IMG/VR virus record: IMGVR_UViG_3300042520_001767
Coordinates: 64,001 to 128,000 of that record
Strand: one strand, 5' to 3'
Origin: a virus
Length of the DNA: 64,000 bases
Shown: positions 1 through 9,141 of the stretch, piece after piece
Numbering within the stretch: the stretch's first letter is position 1
Layout of the letters: each line of letters opens with the position of its first letter
Made by a program: the position numbers and the translations under genes
The notes under the pieces: generated by a model
Databases searched by the model: none
The model's input: the letters and a program-made list of their open reading frames with translations, nothing else
Told to the model about the DNA's origin: nothing

Positions 1-1
1 A

Positions 2-34
2 TATGTTGTTGAGAATGCGATTGTAACGCATAAT
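2..34 (+). other. C-terminal end of an intein in the helicase, probably at Walker A
   Basis: Bases 2-40 translate YVVENAIVTHN|TT, a canonical block G (H-N followed by Thr+1). The downstream extein (TTQSIIGA..ILIV) fits the sequence following a GK(T) P-loop. Confidence 0.75.
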
Positions 35-1345
35 ACAACTCAATCAATTATTGGTGCTATTGAGAGTGGTGCTGAAAGAATTCTTATTGTTACAACTTCA
101 TCAACAAAGATTAACTGGGAACGTGAAATAAAAGTTTTTTGTGATGAAACAACAATTATCGATGGAAAGAAATGGGATGTAAGTAAATTTACTATTATAA
201 ATTTTGATATTTTAAAGAATTTTCATACACTACCACCTACTAGAAAATTAAAAGAAGGTGAAGAAGAACCAAATCAAATTAGAGATTTAGTCAACGCTAA
301 ATTTGATTTATGTATTGTGGATGAGGCACATAATTTAAAAAACAATGAGAGTATTAGAGGTAAAATAATGGTTGATGTTTGTGTTAAACACAATATACCA
401 AAAGTGTGGTTACTTACTGGTACACCAGTAGCAAATAGACCTATGGATTTCTTTAATCTTTTAAAGTTAATTAAGTCACCTATAGCTAATAATTGGAAAC
501 ACTACGCTGTTAGATACTGTGATGGTAAACAGTTCTTTAGAACGCTTAAAAATGGTCAAAGAAAGCAAGTATGGATAACTGATGGTGCGTCAAATTTAGA
601 AGAATTATCAAATAAAACAAAAAATTTATTATTAAGGCGTTTAAAAACGGAAGCTATCGACATGCCAGATAAAATAGTAACCCCTATGTACCATCAATTA
701 GATTCTAAGGGGTGGAAGATGTACCATCAATTATGGGATGAATATGTTGAAATGAAAAAGAAATTAGGTAAAAGGACTAATGAGTCACAAAAAGATTTGG
801 TTGAATTAATTTTATTGAGACAATTTATTGCAATTCAAGCAATCCCATACACTATTGAAATGGTTGAAAATGCTTTAGAAATGGGTAGAAAGGTAATTAT
901 TTTTACTTCATTTTCAGAAGAACAAGATATAATTGCGAATCATTTTGGTAAATTGGCTGTAAGACATAATGGTTCGTTATCAAATGCTAAAAAACAACAT
1001 TCAGTTGACCAGTTCCAGAATAACGATAAAATAAAAGTATTTATTGGTAATATAAAGAGTGCTGGTGTTGGAATTACACTTACACAAGCTACTGTTGTAA
1101 TATTTAATTCATTTGATTGGGTAACTGGTAATAATGAACAAGCTGAAGATAGGTCGTTCAGAATTGGGCAAAAGAACGATGTAAACGTTTATTATCAATT
1201 ATTTGAAGACACGATTTCAGTTAGGATGTGGGAAACTTTAAAACAAAAAAAACAAGTAATTAACACAATATTAGGTGTTGATAATACATCAAAAGAAGAT
1301 GAAACTGATTTATTAATTCAAAAAATGTTAGATGGTGAATTATAA
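2..1345 (+). CDS. SNF2/SF2-family helicase, 5' part outside the window
   Basis: Frame +2 is open from base 2; the ORF track starts late at GTG 317. Walker B LCIVDEAH, motif III LLTGTP, SNF2-type RRLK, and HELICc motifs SAGVGITLT and EQAEDRSFRIGQ. Confidence 0.9.
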   Translation, partial: YVVENAIVTHNTTQSIIGAIESGAERILIVTTSSTKINWEREIKVFCDETTIIDGKKWDVSKFTIINFDILKNFHTLPPTRKLKEGEEEPNQIRDLVNAKFDLCIVDEAHNLKNNESIRGKIMVDVCVKHNIPKVWLLTGTPVANRPMDFFNLLKLIKSPIANNWKHYAVRYCDGKQFFRTLKNGQRKQVWITDGASNLEELSNKTKNLLLRRLKTEAIDMPDKIVTPMYHQLDSKGWKMYHQLWDEYVEMKKKLGKRTNESQKDLVELILLRQFIAIQAIPYTIEMVENALEMGRKVIIFTSFSEEQDIIANHFGKLAVRHNGSLSNAKKQHSVDQFQNNDKIKVFIGNIKSAGVGITLTQATVVIFNSFDWVTGNNEQAEDRSFRIGQKNDVNVYYQLFEDTISVRMWETLKQKKQVINTILGVDNTSKEDETDLLIQKMLDGEL

Positions 1346-1849
1346 CTTTTTACGTTTAATTTTATTTCTATTTAGATTACCTTCATAATAAACATCATTA
1401 ATCACCCTAGTAGTACTCCACATAGGTCTTAAATTTTCCAATGCGTTGACAACACTAGGGTGCTCAGTTGTGTCAAAACTACTTACTGGTTTAATGTGGT
1501 CAACATGCCACTCACCATGATTATCCCATGACATACCTTCTGTGAATAACAGCTCAATATGTTTTTTAAATTCTAAGGCAGAGTACCCAAGAAGGTCTAT
1601 TGTGTAACCTTCTTTTTTAGTGTTTAATCGCCATAGTGACATTTTAAGAACGCTTCTCCACAAACCAACATGTTTATTTTTTAATCTATATTCTCGTCTT
1701 TTATCTTGGTTTTTTTGATTGTATTCTTTTTTATAATTATTTTTACATTCTTTACATTGACAATAATAACCATCTTTACCTAATTTATTAACGTGAAATT
1801 CAGTAATTGATTTCTCAATATTACATTTAGTACATATTTTACTTTGCAT
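1340..1849 (-). CDS. Free-standing HNH endonuclease with N-terminal CxxC zinc ribbon
   Basis: CTKC..CQCKEC followed by FTEGMSWDNHGEWHVDHIKP..ALENLRP. Likely ATG at 1849, overlapping the upstream gene. Same family as 54807..55490. Confidence 0.8.
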   Translation of the reverse strand: MQSKICTKCNIEKSITEFHVNKLGKDGYYCQCKECKNNYKKEYNQKNQDKRREYRLKNKHVGLWRSVLKMSLWRLNTKKEGYTIDLLGYSALEFKKHIELLFTEGMSWDNHGEWHVDHIKPVSSFDTTEHPSVVNALENLRPMWSTTRVINDVYYEGNLNRNKIKRKKL

Positions 1850-2246
1850 TTGGAATAACTTTAAAATCAATGTTATATGGTGTTGAATCTTCTAAGTAAA
1901 ATTGAACATAACCATAAGTCATATTATTTTCTTTATTAAATAATATATCTGACACAATGGTTTCAAAACCTAAATTCTCTTTTAATGCATCTTCTAAAAC
2001 TTTTTTAAGTGTGTCAGTAAATTCGAATAATCCATTGGTTAAAATTTTATTTAAAACCATTTTAGTTAATAATATTCTAATTGATTTTTCTTGTGCTAAA
2101 TAAACACCATCTTCGATACAATTAATATCATCATTTATAAAATTAACTATTTTATCACTCATTGATAAAGACTCAATTTTGCATTTATTTTTAAACTTAT
2201 GTTTAAGTTCAGAATTTATTCTAATTTTTATTTCCGTTTCTTTCAT
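1839..2246 (-). CDS. Putative ribbon-helix-helix DNA-binding protein
   Basis: N-terminal IKIRINSELKHKFKNKCKIESLSMSDKIVNFI has the beta-strand/helix/helix pattern of Arc/CopG proteins. Confidence 0.5.
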   Translation of the reverse strand: MKETEIKIRINSELKHKFKNKCKIESLSMSDKIVNFINDDINCIEDGVYLAQEKSIRILLTKMVLNKILTNGLFEFTDTLKKVLEDALKENLGFETIVSDILFNKENNMTYGYVQFYLEDSTPYNIDFKVIPNAK

Positions 2247-2360
2247 TTTAATTAATTTAATTAAATTATTATTTGTGGTAACATTGTACCCACATTAATA
2301 AATATATTAATATTTTTAAAAATTAATATATTTACTTTCTTTTTAAAAATATTTATCATT

Positions 2361-2569
2361 GTAATAACGAACAATCAGAAGATAGGTCGTTCAGAATTGG
2401 GCAAAAGAACGATGTAAACGTATATTATCAATTATTTGAAGATACAATATCAACAAGAATGTGGGAAATGCTTAGAAATAAAAAAGATATTATCTCAACC
2501 ATTATGGGTGAGAAAAAATTAACAGATGATGAAATAACTGATTTACTATCAGAACAATTAATAGAATAA
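2361..2569 (+). pseudogene. Orphan second copy of the helicase 3' end
   Basis: Translates NNEQSEDRSFRIGQKNDVNVYYQLFEDTISTRMWEMLRNKKDII...LIE* with no start codon. 2378-2421 is identical (44 bp) to 1145-1188. Confidence 0.88.
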
Positions 2570-2572
2570 AAT

Positions 2573-2848
2573 ATGGTAACAATTTATGGATTTAAAGACT
2601 GTCCTTACTGTACTGAATTAAAGGACATATTAACAGCCGAAGGTATCGAGTTCAAAGACGTTGACGTTAACCTTCCAGAGAACGAAGAAGAGTTCAACAA
2701 GATTATGGAAATATCAAAAGCGGAAGAAGTTCCAATTGTAAAAGTGGGTAAACAATTACTAGTCCCAAATGTTTCATTTAAATCGATTCAAGAAGCTTAC
2801 TACTTAACTATCAAATTATTAAGCGACTCAAACACATCTTCAAAATAA
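2573..2848 (+). CDS. Glutaredoxin/NrdH-like redoxin
   Basis: VTIYGFKDCPYC active site and VP cis-proline motif. The last 16 codons overlap the next gene in antisense. Confidence 0.9.
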   Translation: MVTIYGFKDCPYCTELKDILTAEGIEFKDVDVNLPENEEEFNKIMEISKAEEVPIVKVGKQLLVPNVSFKSIQEAYYLTIKLLSDSNTSSK

Positions 2849-3882
2849 GGTATTCGTTTAAGATTTATTTTATTAACTAAACAAAATTTGTTTTTAATTG
2901 AGTCATTTTGTTTAGTTAATAAAAACGATTTTTCACCACCAAATCTATTTACTGGTTTATAATGCTGTATACCATCAAATTCAATACATGTGTTATAGTC
3001 TGGCAAATAAAAATCAAATTGTAAAACTTGTATATTCTTACAATTTGGAAATGTGTGTTGTTGCTTGAATTTAACACCATTTTTAATTAAATATTCTCTA
3101 ATTTTCTTCTCCCCTTTTGATTCTTTACAAATAGGGCAACCATTACCTCTTAGATGCATATTAGGTGTTTGTGTAAAAACACCATGTTTCTCACAAACGA
3201 TTTCTATTTTACTTTTTGAATCTTTATAAACTGTTTTCGAATAATCGTATTTATCACCATGTTCCATTTTAGCGTCTTTAACAAAAGTATCTGTTGTTTT
3301 ATTTAAACCAATACATTTTGGACAACCTTGCCCATATAAATGAGCATAAGATAGTTGTTCAAAAACACCATGTTCTGGACATATTATTTTAATTTTAGTT
3401 TTAGCGTTAACGTATTCAACTAATGAATAATCGTATTTTTTTTCATGAATAAATTCAGCTTTATTTATTAAATCATTATTTGTTTTATGTAAACCATGAC
3501 ACTTACCACATTCTTGACCTTGTAAATGGTTATCTGGTATTTGTTCAAAAACACCATGTTCTGGACATATTATTTTAATTTTAGTTTTAGCGTTAACGTA
3601 TTCAACTAATGAATAATCGTATTTTTTTTCATGAATAAATTCAGCTTTTTCAATAAATTGTTCATTACTTTTTCTAGTTTTAATAGAAACGGTAAGATAT
3701 CTGCACTTAGGACAACCTTGTTTTCTAGTAACATGATGATGCGGTGTTTGCTCAAATTCACCATGAATTGGGCACATTATTTTAACTTTATTTTTAATTC
3801 CATTATAAGCGATTTTAGAATAATCATATTTATCGTTGTGTATAATTCTTGCTTTGCTTATAAATTTAATTTCTTTTTCCAT
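2800..3882 (-). CDS. Putative homing endonuclease: tandem Cys/His zinc modules plus Vsr/DUF559-like PD-(D/E)XK nuclease domain
   Basis: Four repeats of YDYS..Y....K+.I.CP.HG.F.Q....HL.G.GCP.C, then QFDFYLPDYNTCIEFDGIQHY. Confidence 0.8.
   Translation of the reverse strand: MEKEIKFISKARIIHNDKYDYSKIAYNGIKNKVKIMCPIHGEFEQTPHHHVTRKQGCPKCRYLTVSIKTRKSNEQFIEKAEFIHEKKYDYSLVEYVNAKTKIKIICPEHGVFEQIPDNHLQGQECGKCHGLHKTNNDLINKAEFIHEKKYDYSLVEYVNAKTKIKIICPEHGVFEQLSYAHLYGQGCPKCIGLNKTTDTFVKDAKMEHGDKYDYSKTVYKDSKSKIEIVCEKHGVFTQTPNMHLRGNGCPICKESKGEKKIREYLIKNGVKFKQQHTFPNCKNIQVLQFDFYLPDYNTCIEFDGIQHYKPVNRFGGEKSFLLTKQNDSIKNKFCLVNKINLKRIPYFEDVFESLNNLIVK
3355..3648. repeat. 108-bp direct repeat inside the endonuclease gene (3355-3462 and 3541-3648)
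   Basis: Base-by-base comparison shows two identical copies 186 bp (62 codons) apart. Confidence 0.9.
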
Positions 3883-3885
3883 GTT

Positions 3886-3894
3886 AATAAATAT
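3886..3894 (-). promoter_or_regulatory. ATATTTAT(A/T) putative late-promoter motif
   Basis: TTGTAGATATTTAT lies 3 nt before the ATG at 3882; the same 14-mer precedes the ATG at 54786. Confidence 0.5.
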
Positions 3895-3973
3895 CTACAA
3901 TATTGTTAAAAGATATATTTAGTACTTATTCATAAATAACAAAGAAATTTTTGGGTTAATTCTATTTTTTCTT

Positions 3974-3982
3974 ATATTTATA
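3974..3982 (+). promoter_or_regulatory. ATATTTATA putative late-promoter motif
   Basis: 13 nt upstream of the neck-protein ATG; recurs before most structural units. Confidence 0.55.
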
Positions 3983-3995
3983 AGAAAAGAAAAAT

Positions 3996-5141
3996 ATGGG
4001 AATTAGTTTAGACGAAAAAGAAAAGTTGTTCCGTCAATTAAGACATTCATTAGGTGCACCTATACGCCAAATTGAATTAACAGAAGACCAATTATGTACA
4101 CTACTAGAAATATGTATAGAAGATTACGCACAATATGTTCAAGAATGGTTAATTGAACATCAATGGCAATCTTTGTTAGGTCAAAGTATTGACACTACTG
4201 ATATGGCTTTCGCCTTGAGTGTAAGAAGTTTTGATTTCATGACTCAATATACCTATGCATATTCAAAACAAGTTGGTTTACAAACCAATGGTCCATGGGA
4301 ACTTAAAAAAGACTATGTTGAATTAGAAGCTGGTAGACAAGTTTATCAAATCCCAGCTGGACGTGAAGTTAATGAAGTACTTTGGATTACACCACCAGCT
4401 ACTAGTCAAGCTTTATTAGCTAACTATGGTGGTATTGATTATGGTTTTGGTGGTGGTTTCTCACAAATTGGTGGCGGTGTTGGTACTGGTGGTCAAGGTG
4501 GTGCTGCTCGTTCTGGTTATTATATAGCACCAGCTTTTGATATTTTATTAACTGCTGCTGATATGAATTTAAAGAATCGTATTGTTAGAAGTGAACTTGT
4601 TTATAAAATAACTGCTGGTCCTAATGGAACAAAACTATTACATTTATTGAGTACACCTGGTTCTAAACTATCATTTGGACAAGGTATTGGTGGAGTTGGT
4701 AGTTCAATTAATATGACTGGTTGTCAAGTATGGTATTTTTATTATGATACAACAAATGGTGATGCTGATGCGTGTAAAAAAGACAACCCAGATATTATCA
4801 AAATGCCTAATCAAGTTCCTTTATCTAAATTAGATTATGCTGATTTTAATGAACCTACAAAAACACTTATTCGTCAATTATTTATTGCTGAAGGTAAGCG
4901 AACACTAGGTAGGGTTAGAGGTAAATTTGGTGGAATTGTTGGTGTGGCTGAAGCAGAAAGAACTATGGATTACGATACATTACTTTCTGAAGGTAACGAA
5001 GAAAAAAGAGCTGTATTAGAAAGACTAGACGCTAGGTTAGAAAGATTATCAAGTACAAATCAACTTCAACGTGGTGCAGATGAGGCAACTAATCTAAACA
5101 CCGCATTACGCTTTAGACCAATGGGGTTCTGGGTATATTAA
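3996..5141 (+). CDS. gp13: T4 gp13-like neck/head-completion protein
   Basis: N-terminal LRHSLGAPIRQIELTEDQL resembles the gp13 LGAP..V/IEL..DQ signature; Gly-rich central insertion. Confidence 0.72.
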   Translation: MGISLDEKEKLFRQLRHSLGAPIRQIELTEDQLCTLLEICIEDYAQYVQEWLIEHQWQSLLGQSIDTTDMAFALSVRSFDFMTQYTYAYSKQVGLQTNGPWELKKDYVELEAGRQVYQIPAGREVNEVLWITPPATSQALLANYGGIDYGFGGGFSQIGGGVGTGGQGGAARSGYYIAPAFDILLTAADMNLKNRIVRSELVYKITAGPNGTKLLHLLSTPGSKLSFGQGIGGVGSSINMTGCQVWYFYYDTTNGDADACKKDNPDIIKMPNQVPLSKLDYADFNEPTKTLIRQLFIAEGKRTLGRVRGKFGGIVGVAEAERTMDYDTLLSEGNEEKRAVLERLDARLERLSSTNQLQRGADEATNLNTALRFRPMGFWVY

Positions 5142-5176
5142 ATAAAAAAAGAGGCTTAATTGCCTCTTTTTTTATT
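5141..5176. terminator. Bidirectional intrinsic terminator
   Basis: AATAAAAAAAGAGGC-TTAATT-GCCTCTTTTTTTATT perfect inverted repeat between convergent genes. Confidence 0.85.
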
Positions 5177-5178
5177 TA

Positions 5179-8100
5179 TTAAAATCCCCATTCATCTTCT
5201 GGTTCTTCTTTTTTTGTTTCTACTATTGGTTGTACTTCAGCCTTCCAATAACCAGAAGTTTCTTCTGGCGACATAGGTTCATAATCATCTGGTATTTCAC
5301 CGAAAGTGTCATCATATTCATCATCCAATCGTAATTCTTCGTCATTCCTAACAACATTACCATTTTCATCTTCTTCTAATTCATCCTCATCTTCATCACC
5401 CTCAGAATAAACTCGTTTCTTTTTAACAACAACTTTTTCTTCTATAACTATTTTTTCAGCTTTTTTTACAACTTTTTCAATAACACCATCGATTGGTTGA
5501 TAAACAACTTCTGTTTCATATTCAGACAACCCTCCTTCATCAACGCTCACAAACATATCATACGTTTGACCAGTCATTATATTACATTCAACAACGTAAT
5601 CTAACCATTGTTCATATCTATCATCAGAGTTATTATTACCAATCATTTGATAATATTTATCTCTATCTATTGCATTTTTTTCATATTTAAAAATATCTAA
5701 AATATGACATAAAGGTTCACCCCACTTTCTAGAAATAAGGGTACCATCACCATTTTCACTAACATCACAAATAATGAAAATATCTTTTTGTAAATCACCA
5801 GTTGTTTTAATTAGATTTAACTCTTTAATTTCTAAGTGTTTAAAAATATCATCAAGGGTATCTTTTTCATGTTTAATACCTTCTAATTTAGCTATATGAA
5901 TACGCTCGTGATAATCAGCTCTAATTTCTTCCCACTCTACTAATTCCATATTGTTTGGAATCTTATTAACCTTATCCCAAAATTTAATCTCTTTATCTTC
6001 CATTCTCATAAGGTCTTCATATGAATCTTGGTCTGTTTCTTTAAAAGGTATTCCAGATATTAATTCACATTCACCTTTTGTGAATATAGTTCTTTCTTTT
6101 AATTTTTCAGTTGTTTTCTTTGTAATTTTATCCTTTACCTTTACAATATCTAAAACTACTTTAGACCTAACATCTTCATTAAAGCAAACAAGAAGTGGTC
6201 TTACCTTTTTGTTAAACGCTTCTAAATAACGAGCAACATTATATTCGTCAGTATATAAACTATTATTTATATCAATAATACGTTCAGTAATTGATATATA
6301 ACCTTCAGTATCTTTTTCACCATTTTCTTCCATAACTATAAGTGCTTTTTTAAGTACTTCTAATTCTTTTATATTTTCAAAGTCTTTCTCAATAGTTTCT
6401 GGATTAATCAATTTACAATTCAATTGAACTTCTCTAGTTACATTAGGTGGTACCCTATCTAATCCATTGTTAATATACCATTTTTCAAGTTGTTTGTTAG
6501 TCATTTTGTTATGGTAAATTGTTTTCAAATCACCATGAGATTTAGAAGTTCCAGTATTGATATAAAATAAAGTATCACCCAAGGTAACATCTAAACCTTC
6601 TCTCATTGCTAACTCCATATGAGCTTGTTTAGGCATTGGATTACCAGCTTTATTCTTCATTAGAGCCTTCTTTTTATACTCGGTTATAGTTGTCTTAATT
6701 TTAGCTTTTGAAGCCATCTTAACAAGCGGAATTTGATAATTATAAATCTTATCAACATAATCATAATAATGATTAACAAACGAATAACCATCACCATCTA
6801 ATAACATCCTAATACCTTTACCTAAAAATTCCTCAATATAAACTGACATTTTTTTAGATTTAACAGAGTTACCAACCAACTTGATTTTACCACCAATATC
6901 ATTTGCATAGTTTTTACGAGCAAAGTTAATTGTTGAGTTACAAATATCATCGATATCTAAACCCATACGACCCTCCATAAATGTTTCGTTGAATTCAGCC
7001 AATACCGCATCTAAACCAGTTAATTCTCTCCCACCATCTTCACTAGTTTTCCAATGTGAACCTTTAGCTAAATATTTTATTTCATCTATATTATCTGGTG
7101 ATGCGAAGTTTGCCCCGTCAGTATCCATAACTAATGCTCTAAACCCATATTTTTCCGTAAAGTGCTTAATCATAAGTCGCAAATATTGACGACCACGACA
7201 TGTTGTTTCCTCCGCAGAGTCAGTATCACCCCAGTTAAAAATATATGGTGCACCATATGAACCAAACCATGAGTTAGCTAGAATTTTAAGAGGTAATTGT
7301 TTCTTATCGTACAAGTTAGCTAAAGCTTTGTGTTCAATAATTTCTTTTTTGGTTGAATCAATTTCTTCTGTTGTTAAAACTTCACCATCTTTTAATTTAG
7401 CTTCTAATTTTTTAGCTTTTTTCTTTTCAGTTCCAGTCAAGAATTTAAACTTATCACGTGTATCAACAACGTATGTCAACATTCCTTCCATTACACCAGA
7501 AATATCCAAGTCTGGGAAAATCAAGTGAGTTAACTGAATCTTTGGGTAAAGTGCGGCAAAGTCTAACTTAACAACACCTCTTGCATAACCAACCTCTAAT
7601 AAACGTGATAAACCACCAGTAAAATCTCTTTTAGGTAATCCAGCTGGTATTGCTAAACCATTTTCATAAGACCATGCAGCCATAATAAGTTTCCATTGAC
7701 CAGCAGTACCCATTGTAGAACTACGCATAAAGGTAGTAGGTAACATTTTAGCAATAAGGAAAGATGCTTGGTTAAATATATTATCAATTTGTTCAGTTTC
7801 CCATAAGTCATCACAAAGATATCTCTGAACAATATAATCACCTTTAACTATTTTATAACCATCTTTTAATGGTTTTTTATCGGTAATAATATACCAATCA
7901 CCATCAGTATTATTAAATGCGTATTGATTTTTTTTATCAGACCATGTTGTGTTTATTTTATCGCCAGGAACATACACACGATTTGGTTTTGCAATCTCTG
8001 AATATTGAGTTATATATTTCAAACCCCAAGATTTAATTTCAGAGTTGATTGCCATTGCTCTACGAACAGCATGTGAAATATCCATAATATTATAACCAAA

Positions 8101-9015
8101 CATATGTGTTTGTTTATATTGTTCAGTTTCACCACCTAATTTAAGTGATGCGTCTTTTCTTTTAATTTTAGATATTCTATTAAGTGTAATTGCTAATTCA
8201 GTAATTGGTATTGAAAGTCTTTCAGCACGTTCAAATAAGAAAGGCCAGTCAAAGTTCTCAGAATTATAACCAGTTATAATATCTGGTTGCACCGCATCGA
8301 TGATTTTAAAGAACTTTTCTATATTTTCCCTCTCACTATTACGTTTATCTATAGATGTATCACCTATAGTCTCTAAAACACCCTCCAATCCTTTATTATC
8401 ACGAACACCAATCTGAAATATTGCGTTTTTACTAGCAAATAACCCCTCAGTCTCTAAGTCAAATTGAAATCTATGAACATCATCGTAATCATCCATTCCA
8501 TTAAACAATCTTTTACCACTTTGGATAAGGTATTGTTCAGTAGGGCTAAACATAACAAATAAACTTCTATACATAGGTGATTTATCGTCATTTGGGTTTA
8601 TATGTTTATCACTAAACACATCAACACCACCATCTTTAAAAAATTTTAATAAATTATTATAAGAATGTTTACATGTAGCCATGTATTTATACCCATTTTC
8701 CATACGGTCTGGTGTATATCCTTCTTCATTACTAGTGATAAGTTTTGTGATTTTAATACCATACTCTTTACATGCTTCCATGATTTTAAGTCGTTTACCA
8801 CCATAAATCATTGAAGTAACGTCTTCTTTAAACCAAAGGAATGGTTTATAAATATCATCATATAAGTATTTACCCTTTTCTGGGTCGTTAATAACTAATG
8901 TAACTTTTGGTTCGTTATAATTTGATTCAATTGCTACAATGTATTTCTCTGGATTAGAACCCTGTAAAAAGGATTCAATAACTTCATTACTTACTTTTGT
9001 TTTTGATTTACTCAT
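5179..9015 (-). CDS. polB: Family B DNA polymerase with 3'-5' exonuclease and acidic C-terminal tail
   Basis: ExoI FDLETEG, ExoII GYNSENFD, motif A LDFAALYP, motif B KILANSWFG, motif C MDTDG. Confidence 0.95.
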   Translation of the reverse strand: MSKSKTKVSNEVIESFLQGSNPEKYIVAIESNYNEPKVTLVINDPEKGKYLYDDIYKPFLWFKEDVTSMIYGGKRLKIMEACKEYGIKITKLITSNEEGYTPDRMENGYKYMATCKHSYNNLLKFFKDGGVDVFSDKHINPNDDKSPMYRSLFVMFSPTEQYLIQSGKRLFNGMDDYDDVHRFQFDLETEGLFASKNAIFQIGVRDNKGLEGVLETIGDTSIDKRNSERENIEKFFKIIDAVQPDIITGYNSENFDWPFLFERAERLSIPITELAITLNRISKIKRKDASLKLGGETEQYKQTHMFGYNIMDISHAVRRAMAINSEIKSWGLKYITQYSEIAKPNRVYVPGDKINTTWSDKKNQYAFNNTDGDWYIITDKKPLKDGYKIVKGDYIVQRYLCDDLWETEQIDNIFNQASFLIAKMLPTTFMRSSTMGTAGQWKLIMAAWSYENGLAIPAGLPKRDFTGGLSRLLEVGYARGVVKLDFAALYPKIQLTHLIFPDLDISGVMEGMLTYVVDTRDKFKFLTGTEKKKAKKLEAKLKDGEVLTTEEIDSTKKEIIEHKALANLYDKKQLPLKILANSWFGSYGAPYIFNWGDTDSAEETTCRGRQYLRLMIKHFTEKYGFRALVMDTDGANFASPDNIDEIKYLAKGSHWKTSEDGGRELTGLDAVLAEFNETFMEGRMGLDIDDICNSTINFARKNYANDIGGKIKLVGNSVKSKKMSVYIEEFLGKGIRMLLDGDGYSFVNHYYDYVDKIYNYQIPLVKMASKAKIKTTITEYKKKALMKNKAGNPMPKQAHMELAMREGLDVTLGDTLFYINTGTSKSHGDLKTIYHNKMTNKQLEKWYINNGLDRVPPNVTREVQLNCKLINPETIEKDFENIKELEVLKKALIVMEENGEKDTEGYISITERIIDINNSLYTDEYNVARYLEAFNKKVRPLLVCFNEDVRSKVVLDIVKVKDKITKKTTEKLKERTIFTKGECELISGIPFKETDQDSYEDLMRMEDKEIKFWDKVNKIPNNMELVEWEEIRADYHERIHIAKLEGIKHEKDTLDDIFKHLEIKELNLIKTTGDLQKDIFIICDVSENGDGTLISRKWGEPLCHILDIFKYEKNAIDRDKYYQMIGNNNSDDRYEQWLDYVVECNIMTGQTYDMFVSVDEGGLSEYETEVVYQPIDGVIEKVVKKAEKIVIEEKVVVKKKRVYSEGDEDEDELEEDENGNVVRNDEELRLDDEYDDTFGEIPDDYEPMSPEETSGYWKAEVQPIVETKKEEPEDEWGF

Positions 9016-9035
9016 TTTAATTTATTTATTTAATA

Positions 9036-9065
9036 CAAATGTACGAAATAAATAAATTAAAACAA
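9036..9065 (-). promoter_or_regulatory. Bacteroidota-type host-sigma promoter for polB
   Basis: TTGTTT-N16-TACATTTG on the minus strand, matching the TTG / TAnnTTTG consensus. Confidence 0.6.
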
Positions 9066-9086
9066 GCAAAATAACTAAATAAAATT

Positions 9087-9109
9087 TAACTTTGTATATT
9101 ACAAAGTTA
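9087..9109. repeat. 10-bp perfect inverted repeat (terminator or operator)
   Basis: TAACTTTGTA-TAT-TACAAAGTTA between the end of the fibre module and the polB promoter. Confidence 0.6.
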
Positions 9110-9141
9110 CTTTATTTTTTTTTAATGTGTCAATATAAATA

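Noticed and set aside
2641-2710. Short C-ending-codon, higher-GC patch in the glutaredoxin
   Set aside because: Too short to separate a recombination tract from high-expression codon bias without statistics.
5493-7841. Short antisense and alternate-frame ORFs in polB, and similar ones across the window (e.g. 3631-3909, 9092-9286, 27015-27884, 37731-38354, 48377-48694, 56242-58407, 61124-61834)
   Set aside because: They overlap long motif-bearing genes, show the biased composition of shadow frames and have no recognisable motifs.
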